A DNA stretch of 64,000 nucleotides from contig SFEB01000004.1 in assembly GCA_004558105.1 (NCBI GenBank), forward strand, positions 5,120 through 69,119. Reading direction: 5' to 3'. This DNA comes from Clostridiales bacterium (lineage in GTDB: Bacteria; Bacillota; Clostridia; Christensenellales; CAG-314). Shown piece after piece: positions 55,001 through 64,000 of the stretch. The notes beneath the pieces are model-generated. The model was not told the DNA's origin, did no database searches, and saw only the letters and a list, made by a program, of their open reading frames with translations. The position numbers and the translations under genes were made by a program. Every line of letters starts with the position of its first letter. The stretch's first letter is position 1.

Positions 55001-56353
55001 ATGTTGAACTATAAGAAAAACAAAAAACGGATTTTAACGTTGCCGCAAACGGTTGCGTTGGGATTCGTTGCTATAATACTCGCAGGCGCAGGGCTGTTGT
55101 GTCTGCCTTTTGCAACCAAGGGGGACGGGAGCTTGTCTTTTATCGACGCTCTTTTTACCTCGACGTCGGCAACATGCGTGACGGGGTTGGTGGTGGCGAG
55201 CACTTACGACACCTTTACCGTTTTCGGACAGGTGGTGATAACGATGCTTATACAAGTGGGCGGACTGGGGTTTATGACCTTGTCAAGCGCCGTTTACCTG
55301 TTGATTGGTAAGCGTATAGGACTTCGTACGCAACTGGAACTTCAACGCGATTTCGACGAGGACGGCGGCAGACGGGGGTTTGTTCGCCTTATCAGGAAGA
55401 TCATGCTGATATCGCTCGTTTGCGAGTCTGTCGGCGCGTTGATACTGACGGTAGCGTTTAAGGCGCACGGGTACGGATTTTTAAAGGCACTCGGCGTGGG
55501 TGTGTTTACGTCCATATCGGCGTTTTGCAACGCGGGTTTCGATCTCACTCCGAGTGGCGGCTCGTTGGCGGAGTTCGGCGGTAACGGGGTGGTACTGATT
55601 ACCGTGATGTTGCTTATCGTCATAGGCGGCATAGGCTTTTTGGTGGTAGGAGACGTTTTTGATAAAGGGCGTTGGGCAAGGCTGAAAATGCATACCCGTA
55701 TAGTCCTTATCGCAACCCCCGTTCTTATCGTGACGGGTGCGTGCGTGTTCTGTTTTGCAGAGTGGAACGGCGTGTTGGCGGACATGACGGCAGGCGAAAA
55801 AATTCTTAACGCCTTTTTCAGTTCGGTGACTTTACGTACGGCGGGATTTTCCACCGTCGATTTCGGAAAACTTTCTTCGCCGTCCTACGTTTTGTCGGTG
55901 GTGTTTATGTTTATCGGCGCAAGCCCGGCAAGTACGGGCGGCGGTATCAAAACGACGACTTTCGTGGTACTGCTTCTCGCCGCCGTTGCTACCGTCCGAC
56001 AGAAAGACGAAGTGGTGGTTTCACGCAGAGAAATAACCAAAAACACCATTCGCCGCGCCGCCTCGACTTTGTTTATCGGGTTGCTTTGGGTAGTCGTTTC
56101 GTTTTTCGTCCTTTGTTGTATCGAACAAGGCAGGTTTTCTACCCAACAACTTTTGTTTGAAGAAGTTTCCGCTTTCGCAACCGTCGGTTTGTCAACCGGC
56201 ATCACGGGTGCGTTGAGCGTTGCAAGCAAGGTGATTATTATTCTGTCGATGTACGTGGGCAGAATAGGAATGTTGACTTTTTGCATGTGTTTTGCCGCGC
56301 CGCCGTCGGAGTTGGCAAAAATCAAATACAAACAAGCGCAAATCAGCGTTTAG
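55001..56353 (+). CDS. trkH: TrkH/KtrB family potassium uptake membrane subunit
   Basis: 450 aa with repeated pore-loop architecture (TATCVTG, NAGF, RTAGF, TVGLSTG). Confidence 0.9.
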   Translation: MLNYKKNKKRILTLPQTVALGFVAIILAGAGLLCLPFATKGDGSLSFIDALFTSTSATCVTGLVVASTYDTFTVFGQVVITMLIQVGGLGFMTLSSAVYLLIGKRIGLRTQLELQRDFDEDGGRRGFVRLIRKIMLISLVCESVGALILTVAFKAHGYGFLKALGVGVFTSISAFCNAGFDLTPSGGSLAEFGGNGVVLITVMLLIVIGGIGFLVVGDVFDKGRWARLKMHTRIVLIATPVLIVTGACVFCFAEWNGVLADMTAGEKILNAFFSSVTLRTAGFSTVDFGKLSSPSYVLSVVFMFIGASPASTGGGIKTTTFVVLLLAAVATVRQKDEVVVSRREITKNTIRRAASTLFIGLLWVVVSFFVLCCIEQGRFSTQQLLFEEVSAFATVGLSTGITGALSVASKVIIILSMYVGRIGMLTFCMCFAAPPSELAKIKYKQAQISV

Positions 56354-56365
56354 CGAGGTGATAGT

Positions 56366-57031
56366 ATGAACAGAAGATTTAAAAATAAAACCAAACAACA
56401 GGTCGCCGTTATCGGTCTCGGACGTTTCGGCACCGAGATGACCAGATATCTTTATTCCAACGGTTGCGACGTGATGGCTGTCGATATTGCGGAGGAACGC
56501 ACCCTCGCCGTTGCCGATTACGCCGTGCATACGTTGGTAGCAGACGCGTCGGACGAATCGACGTTGAAGCGCATGGGGATAGAATCGTTCGACACCGTGG
56601 TTATCGCTATCGGCGAAATGCAACCTAGTATCGTGTGTGCTCTCAACTGTCTCGAAATGAAGGTAAATAAAATTATTGCCAAGGCGAGCGACGAAAAACA
56701 CGCGAAAATTCTTGAAAAAATAGGAATAAAGAATATCGTTATTCCCGAAGCGGACAGCGCGATAAAGACAGCCGTCGGTATTCTCAACCCCAACGTGGGC
56801 GATATAATGGAACTTGCCGTCGGTTACGACGTCGCCGTTATCAACACTCCGCATGAGTGGAAAGGAAAGACCATTAAGGAATTGGATCTTCGCAATATTC
56901 ACGGCGTCAATATTCTTACCGTTATACGCGACGGACAGATAATCAGTCCTCTTGCCGACACACTGGTCAAAGAGGACGACAAATTTATCATCGGCGGTCT
57001 TGCCGAAGACGTCAAAAAGTTTATTTATTGA
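56366..57031 (+). CDS. trkA: TrkA/KtrA potassium uptake regulatory subunit (RCK domains)
   Basis: 221 aa. Rossmann motif VIGLGRFG and a C-terminal RCK_C domain. Confidence 0.9.
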   Translation: MNRRFKNKTKQQVAVIGLGRFGTEMTRYLYSNGCDVMAVDIAEERTLAVADYAVHTLVADASDESTLKRMGIESFDTVVIAIGEMQPSIVCALNCLEMKVNKIIAKASDEKHAKILEKIGIKNIVIPEADSAIKTAVGILNPNVGDIMELAVGYDVAVINTPHEWKGKTIKELDLRNIHGVNILTVIRDGQIISPLADTLVKEDDKFIIGGLAEDVKKFIY

Positions 57032-57091
57032 CGGATAAAACCGAAAAAAGAAAAATAAAAAAAGCAATAAGTTTTTTAACCTTTAACAAAC

Positions 57092-57132
57092 AAACAGCCG
57101 CATGAGACAAATTCTCACACGGCTGTTTTTTT
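57092..57132. terminator. Bidirectional terminator between trkA and the UPF0597 gene
   Basis: Stem CAGCCG..TGAGA / TCTCA..CGGCTG followed by seven T. Confidence 0.7.
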
Positions 57133-57185
57133 GTTTTACTAAACGCGTAAAAGGACGGAAACGGGAATGGCAATCGGTAAAATCG

Positions 57186-58403
57186 TTATTCCGTCATTAT
57201 CTTTATTATTTCTTTATCCGTTTCTTTCATGCCCTGTCTGGCGAGTCTTCCGACGTTGGCTATCGTATTGTCCACGCCTTTGGTGACGATTCCTTCGCCG
57301 CTGACGAATTCGTGTCCCGCAAGGTACATTTTGTAGCCGAGCAGTCCGGAATAAATTGCCGTGGCAATTTTGCCTGCGCATGACGCTTTTGCTCCGTCAC
57401 AGACAATTCCGCTGCTTATCGCAAGGGCGTTTACCGCGGTATGGGCTATGGCTTCGTATCTGCCGCCTTTGAGATAGGCTATTCCGCATGCCGCGCCTAC
57501 GCCTGCGCTTACCGCGCCGCAGTAGGCGGAAAGTTTGCCGATGCCCGTCTTTTGGTGAATGGTCATGAGATCGCTTACCGCAAGGGCGCGCAAGAGCAGG
57601 TCGTGGGTGCTGTTAAGTTCTTTGGCGTAGGTAATGACGGGTAAAGACGCCGTCATACCCTGGTTTCCGCTGCCCGACACTATGACCACCGGCAATTCGC
57701 AACCGCTCATACGTGCGTCGCTGCCTGCCGCCGCCGAAGCGATAGCGCGACTTTCGACGTCGCCGTTTGCCGCCAAAATCCTGCCGATACCCACGCCCCA
57801 GTTGTTTTTAAGTCCCTCTTCGCTTATTACGGAGTTGAGGGTTATCTGGTTTTCCAACGCGGCTTTGACGGGTGTAAGGTCGGCGTTGTCCGCAAAGTCG
57901 ATAATGTCTTTTACCGAAAGCAGAGAGTATTTTTCGTCAAAATCTTTGTCGGCTTGTTCTGCTTTTTTCAGCAGGTCTTTGTCGTTTTTGCGGATTAAAG
58001 TGATATTCGTATGCTGGTCTTCGATGACGACCTTGGCGGACTCGGAACCGTGTCGGACTGTTACGCCGATGTAAAAAATCTTGTCGGTGTCGGCAGGGAC
58101 AACCTTGACTTTGCCGGACTTTGCAAATTCCGTTATCAAAGGCTTGTCCTGCGGACGGATATCGCAAAGAACCTGCAAAAGTTTATCGGGGTTGCCGAAG
58201 AGTATACCCGGCACCACGACGCTTTTTGTGTTTTTTATAATGTTTCCGCTGCCTTCGACCAGTACGGAATCTGGTAATGCGCCGAGAATCTGACGGGCTT
58301 TCGCGCCTGCGTAAGCAATGGCAATGGGTTCGGTACAGCCGAGCGCCGTCAAAAGTTCCTGATTGAGAATGTCGCAGTATGCGTCGTAAATCTTCTGTTC
58401 CAT
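57186..58403 (-). CDS. UPF0597 / serine dehydratase alpha-like family protein (putative L-cysteine desulfidase, YhaM/CyuA-like)
   Basis: 405 aa. N-terminus LGCTEPIAIAYA, central SGSGNQG motif, and glycine-rich C-terminal half. Confidence 0.7.
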   Translation of the reverse strand: MEQKIYDAYCDILNQELLTALGCTEPIAIAYAGAKARQILGALPDSVLVEGSGNIIKNTKSVVVPGILFGNPDKLLQVLCDIRPQDKPLITEFAKSGKVKVVPADTDKIFYIGVTVRHGSESAKVVIEDQHTNITLIRKNDKDLLKKAEQADKDFDEKYSLLSVKDIIDFADNADLTPVKAALENQITLNSVISEEGLKNNWGVGIGRILAANGDVESRAIASAAAGSDARMSGCELPVVIVSGSGNQGMTASLPVITYAKELNSTHDLLLRALAVSDLMTIHQKTGIGKLSAYCGAVSAGVGAACGIAYLKGGRYEAIAHTAVNALAISSGIVCDGAKASCAGKIATAIYSGLLGYKMYLAGHEFVSGEGIVTKGVDNTIANVGRLARQGMKETDKEIIKIMTE

Positions 58404-58621
58404 GGTTTACTCCCGAGTTTTTTTAACGAAAATCACTTTTTATTTCCGTTTTTTTATTATACCCTTTTTCTCTTTTTTCGTCAATTATTTTAGGCTCGGT
58501 AGGTAAACAAGAGCAGGCAGGAGAGCCGACGGAGAGGTCGGAAAAGGAAAATTATATTAAAGTTTTCGACCAAAATGAACGAAATCAGGAAAAATGTACG
58601 GAATTATTTTAAAAAAAGGTC

Positions 58622-58650
58622 TTGTCAAAACCGTCTGAATGGTGTAGAAT
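58622..58650 (+). promoter_or_regulatory. Promoter of the V-type ATPase operon
   Basis: TTGTCA, a 17-nt spacer, then TAGAAT. Confidence 0.5.
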
Positions 58651-58706
58651 AAGTATACTGTTATCTTTTGCATTTTTTCGATAACGGCAAGAAGGCAAGG
58701 TTTAAA

Positions 58707-59015
58707 ATGAAAGAAATTATCGACAGCATTTTAAAAGCAGAGCAACAGGCGGAGCAGATCGTTGCCGACGCCAAGGTAAAAGCCGCAAAAATCACCGGCG
58801 ACGGCGAAGCGCAGGTCATGAAAGTTAACGCCACTTCGCAGGAAGACGTTAAAAACGCCAAGCGCAGTGCGGCAAAAGCGGCGCAGGAGGAGGCGGACGA
58901 GTTGTACGCCAAACGCCTTGCGGAAGCGCGTTCGGAGGGCGAGGCTCTCGTTAAGGAAGCCGAAAAAAATCTCGACGACGCGGTTAACTTTATCGTAGGA
59001 AAGGTACTTGGCTGA
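58707..59015 (+). CDS. V-type ATPase small peripheral-stalk subunit (G/H-like)
   Basis: About 102-aa Ala/Glu/Lys-rich coiled coil (MKEIIDSILKAEQQAEQIVADAK...). First gene of the operon. The start is moved to the ATG at 58707. Confidence 0.7.
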   Translation: MKEIIDSILKAEQQAEQIVADAKVKAAKITGDGEAQVMKVNATSQEDVKNAKRSAAKAAQEEADELYAKRLAEARSEGEALVKEAEKNLDDAVNFIVGKVLG

Positions 59016-60997
59016 TGGCTATTGCGAAGTTAAAAAAACTACGCCTTATCGGCATAAATTACGAGAGGCAGTTGTTGCTCAACGCTCTTGCGGAGACTAA
59101 CGCCGTCCATGTCAAATGCGACGAGGACGCGCTCGTTGCCGCGCAGGAAAACGAAAAAGTTGCGGATATTTCCGAAAAAGCGGATCGCGTTGAGGCGGCA
59201 ATCGAGTTTATAGAGAGCACGGCAAAGAAAAACGACAAGGATTTTTCGCCGCAAAAAGAGCCGTTGAACGTGACGTTCGACGGGTTTATGGCTGTTCTTG
59301 ACGACGCCAAAGCGTTGCAGAAGACGGTGGAAGAGGCGGAAAAACTCAAAGCGGCTTTTAACGACGTCGCGCAAAAGTCTCTTAAAATAAAAACGCTCAA
59401 AACGCAGGTGGCAGGTTATTCCGGAGTAGACGTGCCTTTCAACAGGGTTAAAAACACGAAAAACACCGTTGCTTTTCTCGGTCTAATTTCGTCGGGCGGA
59501 ATTAATCGTCTTCAGGGTTTCGTTGCGGAAAACTGCCCGTTGACCGTTATCGAACGACTGAACGAGCAGGACGGGGGCGTGGTGACCTTCGTGGTTTGCC
59601 ACAACAGCGAGAGGGAGGCGGTTGCGTCCAAACTTGCGGAACTTAATTTCGTGCGCTGCCCCTTCGACTACGACGTCACTCCCGAAAAAAAGGTTAAAGA
59701 ACTCGAAGGTCAGGAAAAAGAGCTTGCCGAAAAAGAAAAACAACTGACGGCGGATACGTTGGCGTTGCTCGGCAAGGACGACGACCTGAAACTGTATTAC
59801 GACAGACTTAAATTTGAGAAGCAAAAACAAGAGTATGCGGTCAATTTTGAAGAAACCGCTGCTACCTTTACGCTCGAAGCGTACGTTCCCGAGGGGGAAG
59901 AACAAGCCGTAACCGAAAAAATAAACGAAAAAACGCAGGCAACGTATTTCTCCTTCGAAGACGCGGGTACGGGTGAAGAAGTACCCACTCTTATGAAAAA
60001 CAACAAGGTGGTCAGACAGTTTGAGTTCGTTACCAACATGTATTCGCCGCCTGCGTATAAGGAATACGACCCCAACACTTTCGTAAGTATTTTCTTTTCG
60101 ATATTCTTCGGTTTTATTATGGCGGATATCGGATACGGAATACTGTTGGCTCTCGGCGGGTTGTTCCTCGCAAGTCGCAAAAAACGCGACACGGGTATGC
60201 GCAGACTGATGTATATCATCGGTATCGGCGGTCTATTTACCATTCTTTTCGGAATAATGTTCGGTAGTTTCTTCGGTCTGGGCAACGAATATATAAAGTG
60301 GTTGCCCGATCCGATTTTCCCCGATCCCGTTTCCAACTGTTCGGAAGTATTGATGTATTCGCTTATGTTCGGCGTCGTTCACCTGGCGTTTGCCTATATC
60401 GCCAAAGGTCTGACCTGCGTCAAACAGGGCAGCGTATGGGACGGAATATGGGACGGTTTTCTCTGGGCGGTGTTTTTCGTCGGTCTGGGGCTGTTGTTCC
60501 CGGCGGGAGCAAGGCTGTTCTTTGACGAAAGCACGACCTTGTTCGGTCTGGAAGAAATTCCGCCGATGCTCAACTACGTGGGCGGCGGAATATGTATCGG
60601 CGTTCTCGTTATCGAAATTTTCGCAGCGGGCAGGCACTCCAGGTTTTTCGGAAAGTTTGCCAAAGCCTTTTCGACGGTATACGGGCTTATCAACTTCTTC
60701 TCCGACCTTTTGTCTTACGCCCGTCTGTACGGCTTGATGCTGTCGGGCGCGATGATTGCCGAAATCGTCAGTACGATGAGCCTCGACCTTATGGCAAACG
60801 GCGCGGGCGGTTTCGTCGGAGGAATACTCGTTCTTATCGTGGGACATGCTTTTAATATTGCGATGGGTACGCTGGGCGCTTACGTTCACAACGCGCGTTT
60901 GCAGTTTATCGAATTCTTCGGCAAGTTCTACGAGGGTAACGGCGAACTGTTTACGCCCATCGGGTCTAAGTTGTCTTATACCGAGGTAAGCAGATAA
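59015..60997 (+). CDS. ntpI: V-type ATPase subunit I (a)
   Basis: 660 aa. Soluble N-terminal half and a C-terminal membrane domain containing the conserved Arg region (LSYARLYGL). Confidence 0.9.
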   Translation: MAIAKLKKLRLIGINYERQLLLNALAETNAVHVKCDEDALVAAQENEKVADISEKADRVEAAIEFIESTAKKNDKDFSPQKEPLNVTFDGFMAVLDDAKALQKTVEEAEKLKAAFNDVAQKSLKIKTLKTQVAGYSGVDVPFNRVKNTKNTVAFLGLISSGGINRLQGFVAENCPLTVIERLNEQDGGVVTFVVCHNSEREAVASKLAELNFVRCPFDYDVTPEKKVKELEGQEKELAEKEKQLTADTLALLGKDDDLKLYYDRLKFEKQKQEYAVNFEETAATFTLEAYVPEGEEQAVTEKINEKTQATYFSFEDAGTGEEVPTLMKNNKVVRQFEFVTNMYSPPAYKEYDPNTFVSIFFSIFFGFIMADIGYGILLALGGLFLASRKKRDTGMRRLMYIIGIGGLFTILFGIMFGSFFGLGNEYIKWLPDPIFPDPVSNCSEVLMYSLMFGVVHLAFAYIAKGLTCVKQGSVWDGIWDGFLWAVFFVGLGLLFPAGARLFFDESTTLFGLEEIPPMLNYVGGGICIGVLVIEIFAAGRHSRFFGKFAKAFSTVYGLINFFSDLLSYARLYGLMLSGAMIAEIVSTMSLDLMANGAGGFVGGILVLIVGHAFNIAMGTLGAYVHNARLQFIEFFGKFYEGNGELFTPIGSKLSYTEVSR

Positions 60998-61095
60998 TTC
61001 CGGATTTTATACCGGTGTTTTACGGAAAAAATCAAAACCACGTTTAGTGGTTGACCAAATAAAAAACTTCAATCAACGTTAAGGAGGATTAACAA

Positions 61096-61566
61096 ATGTT
61101 GACATTTCTTTTGGCAGCAAACAACGCACCCGTTATCGGTGGTTTAGGCATTGCACTTTGTGTTCTGATGTGCGGCGTGGGCAGCGCGTTCGGTCTGAGA
61201 ATGACGGGCGTCGCGGCTTCGGCGGTACTGGTTGAAAAACCCAAAAAGAGCGGCTCGGTCATGATGTTGTCCGTTTTGCCCGCCACGCAAGGTCTTTACG
61301 GTCTTGTTCTCGGTCTTATCAACTATACCAAGGTCGGCGCATTGACGGGTACCCAAGGTTGGCAGATGTTCGTAGCTTGTTTGCCCCTCGCTATCGTCGG
61401 TATGTTGTCTGCAATTCTGCAAGCCAGCACTTCCGTCGGAGGATTGAAAGCAATGGCAAAGAGCGAATTGTCCGCAGGTCAACTCATGCTTTACCCGGTC
61501 ATGGTTGAAACGTACGCTATTCTTGCTCTCGTTATCAGCATTATGATGACGGGTAACGTTGCCTAA
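61096..61566 (+). CDS. ntpK: V-type ATPase proteolipid subunit K (c), Na+-binding signature
   Basis: 156 aa, four TM helices. LPATQGLYG and VMVETYAIL closely resemble Enterococcus hirae NtpK as I recall it. Confidence 0.9.
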   Translation: MLTFLLAANNAPVIGGLGIALCVLMCGVGSAFGLRMTGVAASAVLVEKPKKSGSVMMLSVLPATQGLYGLVLGLINYTKVGALTGTQGWQMFVACLPLAIVGMLSAILQASTSVGGLKAMAKSELSAGQLMLYPVMVETYAILALVISIMMTGNVA

Positions 61567-61602
61567 AATAAAAACAGGAACCAAAAAAAACAGGAACAAA
61601 AA

Positions 61603-62175
61603 ATGACGGAAAATAATTTGATTAACAGAATATTGTCCGACGCAGAATCATCTGCCGCCGCTATCGTTGAAAAGGCGAGACAGTCCGCCGACGAAAGCGT
61701 AAGGCAGGCACAGGAAAAAGCGTTACAGACGCAGCAAAAGCTTTTTGTCGAGCTGGAGCAGGAACGCAGACGGACGCTGGAGCGTCGCGCCACGGTTGCG
61801 GAAATCGACGCAAAAAAAGAAGTTCTTGCCGCGCGCGTCAGGTGCATTGACATGGCTTTTTCCCGTGCGGAAGAAAAACTTTGCAATATAGACACCGCAA
61901 CCTACCTCGCGTTCATAGAGGCGATGCTCGTTAAGTATGCCGACGACGGGGACGTTGTGGTTGTTGCAAAGAACGCCAAGGTTGACAGAGAAGATATAAA
62001 GCGACTTGCCGTTTTCGGCGAAAAGCATCTTACTTTGGGCGAAGACGGCGATTTTAGCGGCGGGCTCGTGCTCAGCGGCAAAAAATACGACAAAAGTCTG
62101 ACTTTCAAGTCACTTTTGCAGGAAACGAGGAGCGTTTTGCAAAGTGAGGTCTTTGCAAAACTCGTAAAAAGATGA
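61603..62175 (+). CDS. ntpE: V-type ATPase subunit E
   Basis: 190 aa. N-terminal long charged helix and a C-terminal globular part. Operon position. Confidence 0.8.
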   Translation: MTENNLINRILSDAESSAAAIVEKARQSADESVRQAQEKALQTQQKLFVELEQERRRTLERRATVAEIDAKKEVLAARVRCIDMAFSRAEEKLCNIDTATYLAFIEAMLVKYADDGDVVVVAKNAKVDREDIKRLAVFGEKHLTLGEDGDFSGGLVLSGKKYDKSLTFKSLLQETRSVLQSEVFAKLVKR

Positions 62176-63140
62176 GCGATAAACTTTTTAGCGGAGTGTT
62201 GGCGGCGGCACAGCAAGCCAAACTTCTGCGCGGTGAAAGATTAACCCGTATGCTGGAAAGCGAATCGGGGGAAGAAGCGTTGAAAATCGCTTTCGAAGGC
62301 GGTTTCGGCGGCGGCACGGCTACTACTCTGGAACAAGCCGTTCTTTTCGAGCGCAATGCTCTGGCTGATTTTATCCGCGTCAACTGCCCGACGGAAAAAT
62401 TAAAGCAATATCTTCTTTGCCGTTACGACTTTTTAAACGCGGAGACGCTCGTCAAGGCAAAGTACGTTCACTTTGACTGCGAGGGGGCGTTGTCCGAATG
62501 TGGAACCGTTCCGTCAAAACTCATGAAAGAATACGTGGACAATTCCGATTACGGAGCTTTGCCCAAGGAACTGGCGGACGCCCTTAAAAATGCGGACGTT
62601 GCGTACGGAGAAAATAAGGCGGACGGGTACGAGATAAACAACCTTTTCGTTAAGGCGTATTACGCGTATATTAAAAGACTGGCAAAGTTCGGTTGTTTTT
62701 CTTTCGACGTAAAGCAACGCATCGACAGCGTCAATCTGATGACGGCAGTCCGTGTGGACGGCGACGTCGAAGCGTTGAAAAATTCTTTCATCGAAGGCGG
62801 TACGATTCCTTTCGAAAGAGTTAAGGCGGTTGCCGTACAGGACGCGGAAAAAACGGAAAAAGACTTTTTATTTGACAAATCGCGCGAGTTTGTGGACGCA
62901 CTGTTGACCGACGTCCGTGCGAGAAGGCCGCTGATTGCGGCGGAAAACGCGGCGGACAGCAACGCAGTCAGACGTTTGTCGGACAAACGGTTGGATTTAA
63001 AACCCATCGAGGAGTTTTATCTGTATTGTTTGTACAAGCAAACGCAAATCACCAACGTCAACGTAATCGTTGTCGGTCTTGACGGCGGCGTGGACAGAAG
63101 CGAAATAAAAGCGCGGTTGAGGACGAGTTATGAAATCTAA
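62172..63140 (+). CDS. ntpC: V-type ATPase subunit C (d)
   Basis: 322-aa helical protein. Operon position between E and F. Confidence 0.8.
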   Translation: MSDKLFSGVLAAAQQAKLLRGERLTRMLESESGEEALKIAFEGGFGGGTATTLEQAVLFERNALADFIRVNCPTEKLKQYLLCRYDFLNAETLVKAKYVHFDCEGALSECGTVPSKLMKEYVDNSDYGALPKELADALKNADVAYGENKADGYEINNLFVKAYYAYIKRLAKFGCFSFDVKQRIDSVNLMTAVRVDGDVEALKNSFIEGGTIPFERVKAVAVQDAEKTEKDFLFDKSREFVDALLTDVRARRPLIAAENAADSNAVRRLSDKRLDLKPIEEFYLYCLYKQTQITNVNVIVVGLDGGVDRSEIKARLRTSYEI

Positions 63141-63450
63141 TCTCGCTATTCTCGGCGACAAGGAAAGCATACTTTGTTTTAAAGCGGCAGGCGTAGACAC
63201 TTTCGGCGCAACCAACGACGACGTGGCGTCGATTTTACGCAGGCTTGCCAAACAGTACAAAGTTATCTTCGTCACCGATAATTTTGCCGAACAGACGGCA
63301 GAAACAATTAAGAAATTCGACGACCAGACGTACCCCATCGTCATCACCTTGCCTAGCAAGGCGGGTAGCAACGGGAGCGGTCTGGCATTGCTGAAATCTC
63401 TCAGCGAAAAAGCGTTGGGAGTAGATATTTTAAATAAAGAGGACAAATAA
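63130..63450 (+). CDS. V-type ATPase subunit F
   Basis: 106 aa. MKSNLAILGDKESILCFKAAGVD pattern typical of subunit F. Confidence 0.85.
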   Translation: MKSNLAILGDKESILCFKAAGVDTFGATNDDVASILRRLAKQYKVIFVTDNFAEQTAETIKKFDDQTYPIVITLPSKAGSNGSGLALLKSLSEKALGVDILNKEDK

Positions 63451-64000
63451 ATGCAAGGCAAAATCGTAAAAGTGTCCGGACCGCTTATCGTGGCGGAAAA
63501 CATGGCGGACAGCAAAATGTACGACGTTGTTAAGGTCAGCGAACTCGGTCTTATCGGCGAAATAATCGAGCTCAGAGGCGACAAAGCGAGTATTCAGGTG
63601 TACGAAGAAACCGGCGGTCTCGGCGTGGGCGAAAGCGTCGAAAGTACCGGCGAACCTTTGTCGGTAGAACTTGCGCCCGGCCTCATCGAAGGCATATTCG
63701 ACGGTATTCAACGTCCGTTGACCACGCTTTGTGAAAAATACGGTTCGAGAATAGGTCGTGGGGTAAAGGTTACCAACCTCGACCATGAAAAGCTCTGGCA
63801 CTTCGTCCCCAAGGTAAAGGTCGGCGACGTGGTTGAGGCCGGCGACGTTCTCGGTACCGTTCAGGAAACGGTCATAGTCGAACACCGTATTATGACTCCG
63901 TTCGGCGTAAAAGGCAAGGTAAAGAGTATTAACGAAGGCGACTTCAATATTCTTCAGACGATAGCCGTTATCGAGACGGAAGAAGGCGACCACGAAGTTT
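63451..64000 (+). CDS. ntpA: V-type ATPase catalytic subunit A, N-terminal part (runs off window end)
   Basis: Own translation from the ATG at 63451: [61 protein letters not shown]... Typical A-subunit N-terminal beta-barrel. There is no stop in the window, so it is not in the track. Confidence 0.9.
   Translation, partial: MQGKIVKVSGPLIVAENMADSKMYDVVKVSELGLIGEIIELRGDKASIQVYEETGGLGVGESVESTGEPLSVELAPGLIEGIFDGIQRPLTTLCEKYGSRIGRGVKVTNLDHEKLWHFVPKVKVGDVVEAGDVLGTVQETVIVEHRIMTPFGVKGKVKSINEGDFNILQTIAVIETEEGDHEV

Noticed and set aside
56192-57067. 291-aa minus-strand ORF opposite trkH/trkA
   Set aside because: It is an antisense shadow of conserved K+ uptake genes, with no RBS or motifs.

Overview
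This is an origin-proximal chromosome segment of an endospore-forming Firmicute, probably Clostridia-like (spoIIGA-sigE-spoIIE, a V-type ATPase, CG-rich codon style). It is mostly housekeeping genes. Left third: prmA and padR; a complete acetylase-branch DAP/lysine operon (dapF-dapA-dapB-dapH-asd-M20 deacetylase); mrp; a MarR-linked heterodimeric ABC exporter; ALDH; dut; a Na/Pi symporter; radC; pepV; and TatD with its radical-SAM partner. Middle: sporulation genes, tRNA-Gly(CCC) followed by a small lipoprotein islet of foreign composition, then housekeeping genes up to tadA. The standout is a 2.6-kb stretch (35275-37866) with no credible gene. It carries seven ParB-type parS palindromes. Its strand composition is mirror-image: the top strand is A/C-rich on the left and G/T-rich on the right, switching near 37.1 kb. 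Convergent genes and hairpin terminators bracket it. To its right lie a cobalamin riboswitch driving a YitT-family membrane protein, then cvpA. dnaA sits on the minus strand and diverges from dnaN across a 412-bp AT-rich putative oriC. After that come rpmH-rnpA-yidD-yidC-jag-mnmE-mnmG-rsmG-parA-parB, metG, gltX, trkHA, a UPF0597 gene, and the start of a V-type (probably Na+) ATPase operon. A second, denser DnaA-box cluster lies at 17.07-17.21 kb, 24 kb from dnaA. Many long ORFs in the supplied track are antisense shadows of real genes and were rejected. All calls rest on reading the sequence and recalled family signatures; no database search was possible.
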